Below are positions 46,692 to 55,927 of a stretch of DNA of 64,000 nucleotides, piece after piece. A program made the translations under genes and the position numbers. Where the stretch lies: assembly GCA_018671245.1 (NCBI GenBank), contig JABHIB010000001.1, forward strand, positions 31,888 to 95,887, read 5' to 3'. The notes beneath the pieces are model-generated. The model made no database searches. It was given only the letters and a program-made list of their open reading frames with translations, and was not told the origin of the DNA. The stretch's first letter is position 1; the number at the start of each line of letters is the position of its first letter. This DNA comes from an archaeon. GTDB lineage: Archaea > Nanobdellota > Nanobdellia > SCGC-AAA011-G17 > PNOQ01.

Positions 46692-49220
46692 ATGAAATTA
46701 CCTAATTATGTAAACCAAGATAATCTTGAAGAGAGACTATCAGACAATTCTAAATGGACTTTGGAGCAGAAATACCTTAAAAGAAATGGTGAAGGAAAAA
46801 TAGTAGAGGGGCCAAAAGAAAGACTCTACACGATAGCAAATACTATAGCAACTATTGATTCAAGTTACGGACATTCAGAGGAAGAAATCGGAAAAGTAAC
46901 AGAAAATTTTTATAACGCTATGACAAACTTAAATTTTTTACCTGCAGGAAGAGTATTCACGAATGCAGGAACAGAAACCAAAGCTCTATTCAATTGTTAT
47001 GTACTTGATCCAGAAGATAGTATAGATCCAGATGATGATCTTAATGATATTTTCGGGGAAGTTAGGAAAGGTGCAAGAATCCACAAAGAAGGTGGAGGAA
47101 CGGGATATAATTTTTCAAAACTACGGCCTAGAGGAAGTTATGTAAAAAAATCAAAAGGTGTTGCATCTGGACCAATCTCTTTTATGGAACAGTTCGATAA
47201 GGCGACAGAAATAATAAATTCTGGAAATAGGCGTGGAGCAAATATGGGGATATTGGATGTAAACCACCCAGATATAATGGATTTTATCTATGCAAAGGCA
47301 GTACATGAAAAATTAAAAAATTTCAACATCTCAATTGGAGCTACAGATAAATTTATGGATGCGACAATAAATGATGGATACTTTCCATTAGAATTCAAGG
47401 GAAATCCTCTAACCTTGGATGACTTACTCAATTATCAATCTAATATAGAAGAAAATAAACTAGGTGGTTCAGAAATTGGGAAAGCTCCAAATCCTCCATC
47501 TTTAATAGTAGATAAGGAAAAAGGAAGAGTTCTAGATTCATATACAAACCAAGATATCGGAAGGATAAATGAAGAAAACAATGTAGAGTTATACGGTCCT
47601 GCAGTAATGGACATAATTGCAAATCTTGCTTGGCAAACTGCAGATCCTGGAATGATATTTTTAGATGCAATAAACCGAGAAAATCCATTACCAAATAAGG
47701 GTCCAATAAAAGCTACAAACCCTTGCGGGGAACAACCATTACATCCTTATGATGCATGTAACCTAGGTTCACTCAATCTTTCAAATATGGTCAAAAAATT
47801 AGAAGACGGCTATGAAGTTGATTGGGACAAACTAAATGAAACTACTCAGACTGCAGTGCACTTTATGGATAATGTAAATGATGCTAGCAAAGGGCCGATA
47901 AAAGAGATAGAGGATACAGTATTAGAACATAGAAGAATCGGACTTGGTGTGATGGGATGGGCAGACATGTTATTAAAATTAAAAGTACCTTATGATTCTA
48001 AAGAAGCAGTAGAACTAGCAGAACAAGTAATGTCTAGCATAAATAATACTGCGAAAGAAAAGTCAGTTCAACTAGCAGAACAAAGGGGAGTTTTTCCGGC
48101 ATTCGAAGGAAGTATATATGATACTGGAGATTTAGAAGACAGAGTTAGAAATGTTGCAAGAACAACAATTGCTCCAACAGGTTCAATAGCTATGGTAGCG
48201 GGAGTGTCTGGAGGCATAGAACCTTATTTCTCAAATATTTTTTATAAGAACATCAGAGGTGGAGAAAGATTAAAATTTGTGAATCCTGAGTTAGAAAGAG
48301 CATTAAAAGATAATGGCATATATTCAGAAAAACTACTTGATAAGATAGAAAAGAACGGGGGTTCATTAAAAGGAATAAAAGAGATTCCAAAAGAATTACA
48401 AGAGATATTTAAGGTAGCAGGAGATATTCATTCAAAGGATCACATTAGAGTTCAAGCAGCATTTCAAAGGAATCTTGACAATGCAGTTAGTAAAACAATA
48501 AATATGCCAAATAATGCAACTGTTGATGATGTTAAGGAAGCATACCTATTAGCCTATCAAATGGGATTAAAAGGTACAACAATTTATAGAGATGGATCAA
48601 AGGATGTTCAAGTTTTAGAAACAAATAAGGAAGAGGAAACTGAGAGAACATATATCACCCCAAGAAAAATTCCTGACATGATGCCTTCAGTAAAAATAAA
48701 ACAGCATACTCCTTTCGGTCACATGCATGTAAATATTACTGTAGATCCAAAAGATGGGGCACCTTATGAAGTATTCGCACAGTTGGGAAAAAGTGGAGAT
48801 GTTGTACATGCAGATTTAGAAGGGATCTGTAGACAATTAAGTACTAATCTCAGAGCTGGAGTGGATCCAAATTATTGTGTAGATCAATTGGAAGGAATAG
48901 GTGCAAGTATAGCTAGCATTCCTACAAGAGAGGGAGTAGTAACTTCTATACCTGATGGAGTTGGAAGGGCACTTAAGAAATATTTAATGGCAATAGAGAA
49001 TTATGGATTTGAGAATTTATTGTTAGGAAATGTAGATTATGATGAAATTGTCGATGAATTGAGTGATACTCTAAAAAAAGGAAACGGGAACAGTTCAACA
49101 AATTCAAATGAGGATCAGAAGAACACATACGGAATAAAATGTCCAAAATGTGAAGGTGGCAAGTTAATCTTTCAAGAAGGTTGTAAAAGATGTTCGTCTT
49201 GTGATTATTCTGCATGCTAA
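46692..49220 (+). CDS. nrdJ: class II (adenosylcobalamin-dependent) ribonucleotide reductase
   Basis: FNCYV, GGGTG.NFS.LRP, RRGANMG, TNPCGEQ, TIAPTG, TTIYRDG; C-terminal TSCPD-like domain and Zn ribbon. Confidence 0.95.
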   Translation: MKLPNYVNQDNLEERLSDNSKWTLEQKYLKRNGEGKIVEGPKERLYTIANTIATIDSSYGHSEEEIGKVTENFYNAMTNLNFLPAGRVFTNAGTETKALFNCYVLDPEDSIDPDDDLNDIFGEVRKGARIHKEGGGTGYNFSKLRPRGSYVKKSKGVASGPISFMEQFDKATEIINSGNRRGANMGILDVNHPDIMDFIYAKAVHEKLKNFNISIGATDKFMDATINDGYFPLEFKGNPLTLDDLLNYQSNIEENKLGGSEIGKAPNPPSLIVDKEKGRVLDSYTNQDIGRINEENNVELYGPAVMDIIANLAWQTADPGMIFLDAINRENPLPNKGPIKATNPCGEQPLHPYDACNLGSLNLSNMVKKLEDGYEVDWDKLNETTQTAVHFMDNVNDASKGPIKEIEDTVLEHRRIGLGVMGWADMLLKLKVPYDSKEAVELAEQVMSSINNTAKEKSVQLAEQRGVFPAFEGSIYDTGDLEDRVRNVARTTIAPTGSIAMVAGVSGGIEPYFSNIFYKNIRGGERLKFVNPELERALKDNGIYSEKLLDKIEKNGGSLKGIKEIPKELQEIFKVAGDIHSKDHIRVQAAFQRNLDNAVSKTINMPNNATVDDVKEAYLLAYQMGLKGTTIYRDGSKDVQVLETNKEEETERTYITPRKIPDMMPSVKIKQHTPFGHMHVNITVDPKDGAPYEVFAQLGKSGDVVHADLEGICRQLSTNLRAGVDPNYCVDQLEGIGASIASIPTREGVVTSIPDGVGRALKKYLMAIENYGFENLLLGNVDYDEIVDELSDTLKKGNGNSSTNSNEDQKNTYGIKCPKCEGGKLIFQEGCKRCSSCDYSAC

Positions 49221-49274
49221 ATAGAAATAAATATAAACTATACTGCCATTTATCTCAGTAAGAGGTGATTAGAA

Positions 49275-51206
49275 ATAAAAAAATCAATTTTATTTTTTTT
49301 ATTATTAGTTCCATTAGCTTTAGCTCAAGAATCTTATACTGATTACTCTACTGTGAGCATGGATCTTGAAGTTTTGGCACAACTAACTATGGAAGAAGAT
49401 GAGTCTGGGGCCAGTTTAGATTATGCTGAAGCAACCCTTCTGATTAATCCACTTCAAATTCAACATCAATCAATATTAGATCTAAATACTTTTTCAGATG
49501 AATCTGCAGACATAAGCGAAGTAGATGATTCTTTAAAATTTAGATGGGAAGATTATTCAGAAACTATAGAATTTGGATATACTGCAAGAATAGAGACTGA
49601 AAATATTTTACACAAGATTCCACGAATACAATTTCCAATAATTGATTTGGATGAAGAGTATGAAATCTACCTAGAAGGTGGAGAAAAGACAGATATTACT
49701 CCTGAGATATTAGAGAAAGCAAATGAGATTATCGAAGGAGAATCAAATCTTTATTCCGCAGTTTTCAAACTAGCAAACTGGGTAAATGAGAATATAGAGT
49801 ATGACTTAAATTCACAAACTGCAAATGCTGCATTATCCTCTTCATGGGTTCTGGAAAATAAAGAAGGTGTATGCGATGAGCTTGCAACTCTATTCATTTC
49901 ACTATCTCGTTCAGTAGGGATTCCCGCAAGATTTATTTCAGGGGTAGCATATTCAAGCTCAACAGAAGATTTTGGTAATCATGGTTGGGCAGAAGCATAT
50001 TTTCCAGATTATGGATGGGTACCATTTGATATTTCGTTTGGACAGTTTGGATGGATTGATCCAACCCATATAAGATTATTAGAAAATGTTGATTCTGGGA
50101 CTCCTTCAATAAGATATAATTGGAGATCGAATAATGTGCTAATTTCCCCTAATGGTTTAAACATCAGTGCAGAAATTACAGGCTTTGGAAACAAAATAAA
50201 CTCCCCTTTTGATATTGATTTAGAAATACTTGAAAATAATGTAGCTCCTGGAAGTTATGTTCCAATAAAAGTAACTATAGAAAACCCTTATGATTCTTAT
50301 GTATCTGATACTGCAATAATAACAAAAGCTCCAGAATTATTGTCAGACAATACTAAAATAACATTATTAAAACCAAATCAAAACAAAGTGATATTTTGGA
50401 TAATAAAGATTCCAGATAATGCTGAAGATAATATGAGATACTCTACCCAGATAGAAGTTGTAGATCTATTTGGAGAAATAACTTCAGAAGTTATAGAATT
50501 CTCTTCCAGCGAAGGATATGATTATATTTCGGAAGATAAAGCAAGAGAGATGATAGAAGAGTTAGAAGAGATTGAAGAGAAGACCTATTCTGAAGAGATT
50601 TCATTAGAATGTGGGGCAGAGAGATCTTACTATTACACTTTTGAAAATATACCTATATCTTGCAAAATTAAAAATATAGGCAACAAGATTTTAACTGGAA
50701 TCTCGGTTTGTTTAGATCAGGAATGTGAAATCGTAGATCTAACTATATCTGAAGAAAAAAAAATACTCTTCGAAATTCAAGCAGAAAATTTAACAGAGAG
50801 AGTAGTTTCTGCAAAAAATGAAGTAATCGATTTAATCAGTAATATTCAACTAACAATCCTAGGAAAACCTGACTTAAAAATGATAGATTTTGAATATCCA
50901 GATCAAGTAGATTATGGTGAGAACTTTAATTTCATATTTAGGTTGGATTCTAAGGCACTAATAAAAAATCTATCAATCTCTATAAATGGTGCCAATAAAC
51001 AAATAATCCAAGAGTCACAAGGAATAACTAATTTGGAAGCAAAGCTAAACTCAAAATATCTCTTAAATAATAAAATAAACATTTTAATTGAATATGAGGA
51101 TGAATTTAGAAATACATTTGAGTTAAATGAAGTAAAGACGATAAAAGTGATGAACCTCCCTTGGTATGCACAAATCTACAAATTTTTCATTGATCTGGTA
51201 AATTAA
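49275..51206 (+). CDS. secreted transglutaminase-like domain protein
   Basis: GVCDE...R..GIPAR, HGWAE, FD triad; signal peptide in frame upstream of the ORF-track start 49353; start codon uncertain. Confidence 0.8.
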   Translation: MKKSILFFLLLVPLALAQESYTDYSTVSMDLEVLAQLTMEEDESGASLDYAEATLLINPLQIQHQSILDLNTFSDESADISEVDDSLKFRWEDYSETIEFGYTARIETENILHKIPRIQFPIIDLDEEYEIYLEGGEKTDITPEILEKANEIIEGESNLYSAVFKLANWVNENIEYDLNSQTANAALSSSWVLENKEGVCDELATLFISLSRSVGIPARFISGVAYSSSTEDFGNHGWAEAYFPDYGWVPFDISFGQFGWIDPTHIRLLENVDSGTPSIRYNWRSNNVLISPNGLNISAEITGFGNKINSPFDIDLEILENNVAPGSYVPIKVTIENPYDSYVSDTAIITKAPELLSDNTKITLLKPNQNKVIFWIIKIPDNAEDNMRYSTQIEVVDLFGEITSEVIEFSSSEGYDYISEDKAREMIEELEEIEEKTYSEEISLECGAERSYYYTFENIPISCKIKNIGNKILTGISVCLDQECEIVDLTISEEKKILFEIQAENLTERVVSAKNEVIDLISNIQLTILGKPDLKMIDFEYPDQVDYGENFNFIFRLDSKALIKNLSISINGANKQIIQESQGITNLEAKLNSKYLLNNKINILIEYEDEFRNTFELNEVKTIKVMNLPWYAQIYKFFIDLVN

Positions 51207-51207
51207 T

Positions 51208-51813
51208 ATGAATAAAAATACTATACTAAAACTAATGGGGATAACCTTGATAGTATTATCTCTGATCAGAATATTCCTAATATTAAGATTTGGAACTCCT
51301 TCAAGCGTATTTTGGATAAGTAATCATGTTCCTCTAATCTTAGGGTTGGCAATTTTATTCAGAAATTCATTTTGGATCTTAGCAGAAACTGCATTCATTT
51401 TTGTTGGAGAAGTTGGATGGACCATAGATTATCTTTTCAAATTATCCTTCAATAAATATTTGGTTGGGTCAACAGCATATATGTTTAATCCAGCTTTCGC
51501 AACACCCTTGAAGATCTCAAGCTTACTTCATCTGATAGTGGTTCCTTTTGGAGTGATAGCATTTCTATTAATAAAGAAGAAACCAAAAAAAGCATGGAAA
51601 GGTGTAGCACTGCATCTAGCTCTATTATTGCCTATAATCATATACTATGGAGATAATCTAAATTTAAATTGCTTATTCAAGTCATGTATAAATTGGTTGC
51701 CAACAATTCCCCTATTCCCTATAATCTTTCCAATATTCTATGCACTAGTTTGTGTAACTCCAATAATATATCTTTTAAATAAATTGATTAGTAACTCTTC
51801 CCGAAATAAGTAA
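51208..51813 (+). CDS. hypothetical membrane protein
   Basis: about 6 TM helices; W.SNH, W..D, H, N.NC motifs. Confidence 0.7.
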   Translation: MNKNTILKLMGITLIVLSLIRIFLILRFGTPSSVFWISNHVPLILGLAILFRNSFWILAETAFIFVGEVGWTIDYLFKLSFNKYLVGSTAYMFNPAFATPLKISSLLHLIVVPFGVIAFLLIKKKPKKAWKGVALHLALLLPIIIYYGDNLNLNCLFKSCINWLPTIPLFPIIFPIFYALVCVTPIIYLLNKLISNSSRNK

Positions 51814-53218
51814 CATATTCGGATTTAGCTTCGCAAGCAAAACATTTGCCTTTTCCTTTAGAATTAAATTCACTGTTCAAACTCTTCGTACTAGTCTTAG
51901 CTTTGATATTTTCTTCACAAGCAATCTTGCCACACCAATTAGCTTTTCCAATTTTTTTCTTACTAATTGTTTTCTTAAGTTCAGAAATAGTTTCAACTTC
52001 TTCAATTGAATTATATAATGCTTTCTTAGCTTTCTCGAATAAACTAGTTTGTATATCTTCAAGAATTTTATCGATACTACTTGTGATATCCTTTAGCTTT
52101 ACAACTATTTTTTCACCACTATCTCTTCTAACAATAACAGCTTGTTTATTTTCAACATCTTTTGGGCCAAGTTCTACTCTAATAGGAATTCCTTTCAGCT
52201 CCCATTCATTAAATTTCCATCCAGCAGAGTAATCTTCCCTATCGTCTAAAATTCCATCATATTTTTTCAAATTTTTCTCTATATCTTTAGCAACTTTCAT
52301 TACTTTATCTTTTGTTTTTGTAAATAATATTGGAATCAGAACAACTTTATTTGGCGCAATCTTTGGTGGCAAGACTAACCCTTTATCATCTCCATGTATA
52401 GCAAACATAACTCCCATCATTCTTGTACTGATAGCCCAAGTATTCTGATAAGGTAATTGTTTTTTCTCATTTTCATCTAAGAAACTGATATCAAAAGCCT
52501 TGGCAAAATTCTGTCCATCAAAATGAGTATCTGGCCCTTGGATAGCTTTACCATTTGGCATCATAAACTCTGTACTCCAGGTATATTCTGCACCAGCAAA
52601 TTTTTCTTTTTCTGATTTTTGACCAACTAATGAAGGTAATGCTAAATAATCTTTACAAAATGAATCCCATAACTTTATGATGTCCTTCATTTCTTTTTCT
52701 GCTTCTTCTCTTTTTGCAAAAACTGTATGTCCTTCGTTCCATAAAAATTCTCTACCTCTCAAGAATGGAACTGCATGTTTAAACTCCCATCTAACTACAT
52801 TATTCCACTGATTTAATTTCAAAGGTAAATCTTTCCAAGATCTAATCCATTTTGCATAAGATGGATACATAATTGTTTCAGAAGTAGGCCTTATTGCTAA
52901 TCTTTCATCTAATTTTGAATTCCCTGCATGAGTAACCCATGCAACTTCTGGAGAAAATCCTTCAATATGATTTGCTTCCTTCATTAAGTATTTTTCAGGA
53001 ATGAATAAAGGGAAATAAGCATTTTGCACACCTAGCTTTTTTAGTTTTTTATCTACCTCTCTTTGTATAGTTTCCCATATAGCATAACTTTTTGGTCTGT
53101 ACACAATGGATCCAGAAACTGCAGTATAATCTGCCATTTCACTCTTTATGATTGTTTGAGTATACCATTCAGAAAAGTTCTCATCCTTTTTTACCGTTAT
53201 GCCTTCTTGCTTAACCAT
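51788..53218 (-). CDS. proS: proline--tRNA ligase (archaeal/eukaryotic type)
   Basis: FSEWY, RPTSET, VVRWE...FLR.REFLW.EGH, GWKFNEWELKG.P.R, C-terminal Y. Confidence 0.96.
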   Translation of the reverse strand: MVKQEGITVKKDENFSEWYTQTIIKSEMADYTAVSGSIVYRPKSYAIWETIQREVDKKLKKLGVQNAYFPLFIPEKYLMKEANHIEGFSPEVAWVTHAGNSKLDERLAIRPTSETIMYPSYAKWIRSWKDLPLKLNQWNNVVRWEFKHAVPFLRGREFLWNEGHTVFAKREEAEKEMKDIIKLWDSFCKDYLALPSLVGQKSEKEKFAGAEYTWSTEFMMPNGKAIQGPDTHFDGQNFAKAFDISFLDENEKKQLPYQNTWAISTRMMGVMFAIHGDDKGLVLPPKIAPNKVVLIPILFTKTKDKVMKVAKDIEKNLKKYDGILDDREDYSAGWKFNEWELKGIPIRVELGPKDVENKQAVIVRRDSGEKIVVKLKDITSSIDKILEDIQTSLFEKAKKALYNSIEEVETISELKKTISKKKIGKANWCGKIACEENIKAKTSTKSLNSEFNSKGKGKCFACEAKSEYVTYFGKSY

Positions 53219-53276
53219 ATTCCAATAATCTTTTTAATCACTTTTAAATCTTTTCGTTTAATGAGCAACAGTAATG

Positions 53277-53298
53277 TTTATAAATTAACAATTGTTAA
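53277..53298 (+). promoter_or_regulatory. TATA box followed by a 14-bp perfect palindrome
   Basis: TTTATAAA then TTAACAATTGTTAA (53285-53298), 8 nt before ATG 53307. Confidence 0.55.
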
Positions 53299-53306
53299 GT
53301 TTTCAA

Positions 53307-53672
53307 ATGAAATTAATGCTACAAGATGTGGAAGTAAGATATGTGATCCCTTCACTAAGAAGAGAATTGGCTATACACCTTTCAAAAGAAAAGTTAAAAC
53401 AGAAAGAGATAGCAGAATTATTAGAAATCACTCCTGCAGCAGTTTCACAATACCTTGTAAAGAAGAGAGGGATTGCAAAGTTCAGCAAAAGAATAATAGA
53501 ATCAGTAAGAGAGTCAGCAAATAGAATACTGGAAGGGAATTCAACAACACACAAGGAACTGATAAAATTAACAAAATTAATTCGGGACACAGCGATGGTT
53601 TGTGAAATCCACAAATTATATGATGATGTTCCAGAAAAATGTGAGGTTTGTTTTAAAAATGAAAATAACTAA
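53307..53672 (+). CDS. HTH transcriptional regulator (COG2522-like) with C-terminal CxxH...CxxC
   Basis: IPSLRRELA...QKEIAELLEITPAAVSQY...RG; CEIH and CEVC. Confidence 0.82.
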   Translation: MKLMLQDVEVRYVIPSLRRELAIHLSKEKLKQKEIAELLEITPAAVSQYLVKKRGIAKFSKRIIESVRESANRILEGNSTTHKELIKLTKLIRDTAMVCEIHKLYDDVPEKCEVCFKNENN

Positions 53673-53868
53673 AGATACAATAATTGGGGAATGTTTAGCA
53701 AAATATCCGAAGACAGCAGAAGTATTATTTGAAAGTGGAATACACTGTGTAGGTTGTTTTGCAGCAAATGTAGAAACAATTGAGATGGGTCTAAAAAGTC
53801 ATGGACTATCGGAAGACGATATAGAAGAGATTCTAGTGAAATTAAATAAGGTAACTAATGAGGAATAA
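53659..53868 (+). CDS. DUF1858 domain protein
   Basis: ITKDT.IG....YP...EV....GIHCVGC...ETI..G...HG. Confidence 0.85.
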   Translation: MKITKDTIIGECLAKYPKTAEVLFESGIHCVGCFAANVETIEMGLKSHGLSEDDIEEILVKLNKVTNEE

Positions 53869-55036
53869 GCAAATTTACCTGGATAATTCTGCAACAACTC
53901 CTGTAGATAAAAAAGTAATAAAAGAAATGAGCAGATATTACTCTGAAGACTATGGGAATGCAGGAAGTATGCATGATTTGGGATTAATCTCAGATAATGT
54001 TTTGGATTCTTCAAGGGCAAAAGTTGCAAAAATACTAAATGCTGATTCGGAAGAAATAATTTTCACAGGATCCGGAACAGAAAGCATAAATCTGGCATTA
54101 AAAGGTTTGGCAAGAAAGTTAAAATCAAAAGGGAATCATATAATTTCAACAACCATAGAACATCCTGCAGTATTAAACACCTTAAAATCACTAAAAAAAG
54201 AAGGATTCGAGATATCTTTAGTTCCAGTAGAAAAAAATGGAATAATTTCATCTGATAAGATTAAATCTGCAATAAAAAAAGAAACAATCATAATTTCTAC
54301 AATCTATGCAAACAATGAACTTGGAACAATTCAACCAATAAGGGAAATTGGAAGTATAGCGAAGAATAAAAAGATAATTTTCCATACTGATGCATGTCAG
54401 GCAGCAAATTCTGAAGAGTTAGATGTAAAGAAACTAAATGTTGATTTAATGAGTTTGAATGGAAGCAAAATATACGGACCAAAAGGAACTGGTTGTCTAT
54501 ATAAAAATAATACAATTCAATTAGATCCTATTTTAGATGGTGGAAATCAAGAGTTCGGATTGAGAAGTGGGACAGAGAATATTCCAGGGATAGTAGGATT
54601 CACAAAGGCATTAGAATTAGCACAGAATGATAAGAAAAAGTATTCTAAAACTCTAACAGAACTACGAGATCACCTAATAACTGGATTGATGCAGATAGAT
54701 AGGACAATTCTGAATGGAGATAAGAAAAAAAGGCTTCCAAATAATGTTAACATAACATTTCTGAATATAGAGGGCGAATCAATATTACTAAAATTAAATG
54801 AATACAAAATTTATGCATCAACTGGGAGTGCATGTTCTTCAAGATCACTAACTGCTAGCCATGTTTTACTTGCAATAGGACAATCTGAAAAAGCAGCACA
54901 CGGGAGTATAAGATTCAGCTTAGGAAAATACACAAAAAAATCAGATATAAATAAGGTATTAAAAGTATTACCTAAGATTGTTAAAGAACTTAGAGAGATG
55001 TCTCCAGTTCATATGGAGTTAAAAGATTTAAAATGA
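53858..55036 (+). CDS. iscS: cysteine desulfurase (IscS/NifS)
   Basis: YLDNSATT, EHPAV, HTDACQ, SKIYGPKG, RSGTEN, STGSACSS. Confidence 0.95.
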   Translation: MRNKQIYLDNSATTPVDKKVIKEMSRYYSEDYGNAGSMHDLGLISDNVLDSSRAKVAKILNADSEEIIFTGSGTESINLALKGLARKLKSKGNHIISTTIEHPAVLNTLKSLKKEGFEISLVPVEKNGIISSDKIKSAIKKETIIISTIYANNELGTIQPIREIGSIAKNKKIIFHTDACQAANSEELDVKKLNVDLMSLNGSKIYGPKGTGCLYKNNTIQLDPILDGGNQEFGLRSGTENIPGIVGFTKALELAQNDKKKYSKTLTELRDHLITGLMQIDRTILNGDKKKRLPNNVNITFLNIEGESILLKLNEYKIYASTGSACSSRSLTASHVLLAIGQSEKAAHGSIRFSLGKYTKKSDINKVLKVLPKIVKELREMSPVHMELKDLK

Positions 55037-55458
55037 GCGATGTAAAATCAAAAACTGGAAAAGAATGGTTTTATTCAGAAAGAGTTAAGGATCACTTCTT
55101 TAATCCGAGAAATATATTAAAAACAAAAGAAGAAGCAAAAAAATATTCTAAAGCTGCAGATGGGGAAGGCGAAGTGGGCTCCCCTGCCTGTGGAGATGTT
55201 ATGAAGGTCTGGATAAAGGTAAAAGATAACAAGATAAAAGATTGCAAATATCAAACATTCGGGTGTGCATCTGCAATTGCAGCAACATCTATGTTTTCTA
55301 CAATGGTAATTGGATTAAAAATAGAAGATGCACTAAAAATAACTGCAAAAGATATCACAGAGCAACTTGGAGGCCTACCTGCTAGAAAGTTCCATTGTTC
55401 AGTTTTAGCAGATCAAGCATTTAAGAAAGCTGTAAAAGATTATAGAAAAACTCAATAA
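55033..55458 (+). CDS. iscU: Fe-S cluster scaffold IscU/NifU
   Basis: YS..V.DHF.NPRN, ACGD, FGCASA, LP.RKFHC. Confidence 0.95.
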   Translation: MSDVKSKTGKEWFYSERVKDHFFNPRNILKTKEEAKKYSKAADGEGEVGSPACGDVMKVWIKVKDNKIKDCKYQTFGCASAIAATSMFSTMVIGLKIEDALKITAKDITEQLGGLPARKFHCSVLADQAFKKAVKDYRKTQ

Positions 55459-55769
55459 TCCTCAATTAATTTTTTAGCGGCAATAAAATGGTCTCTCAGT
55501 ATAGGATAATAACTCCTCCTAAAAGCTAAATTAACATTTGCTACATAAAGAATTGAATTTTTATCAAAATAAACTCTTTCTGTTCTACTAAAATTAAACG
55601 GTTCAGGAGTGCTAATACTCTCAATATTATTGATCTTTAATTCTATTTCAGAAAGTGGCAAACTATTCGGTATAACCTTCTCAAGAGATTCTAACCACAA
55701 TTTCACTTCACTATGAGTGCAATCATTCATCATAATATTTCCATATCTTGAGTCAAATTTATATTCCAT
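55452..55769 (-). CDS. hypothetical protein
   Basis: 105-aa ORF starting 7 nt after the tRNA-Arg 3' end; no motif recognised. Confidence 0.55.
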   Translation of the reverse strand: MEYKFDSRYGNIMMNDCTHSEVKLWLESLEKVIPNSLPLSEIELKINNIESISTPEPFNFSRTERVYFDKNSILYVANVNLAFRRSYYPILRDHFIAAKKLIEDY

Positions 55770-55776
55770 AGTTTAA

Positions 55777-55850
55777 TGAGCCTGCGGGGATTTGAACCCC
55801 GACCAATCGGTCCGAAGCCGACCGCACTATCCAGATTATGCTACAGGCCC
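55777..55850 (-). tRNA. tRNA-Arg(TCG)
   Basis: GTCGG-CTTCGGA-CCGAT anticodon arm, GGTTCAAATCC. Confidence 0.93.
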
Positions 55851-55927
55851 GAAGAAACTAAACAAATTTACTATTTAAATCTTACCAATTCCAAAAAAGA
55901 TATAAACATAAAGAAATAAAAAATAAT

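Noticed and set aside
46692..49220. intein in nrdJ
   Set aside because: No C/S...HN splice junctions or LAGLIDADG motifs; length too short
53063..53524. 153-aa ORF spanning the proS/regulator junction
   Set aside because: Overlaps proS antisense and the regulator out of frame; no motif
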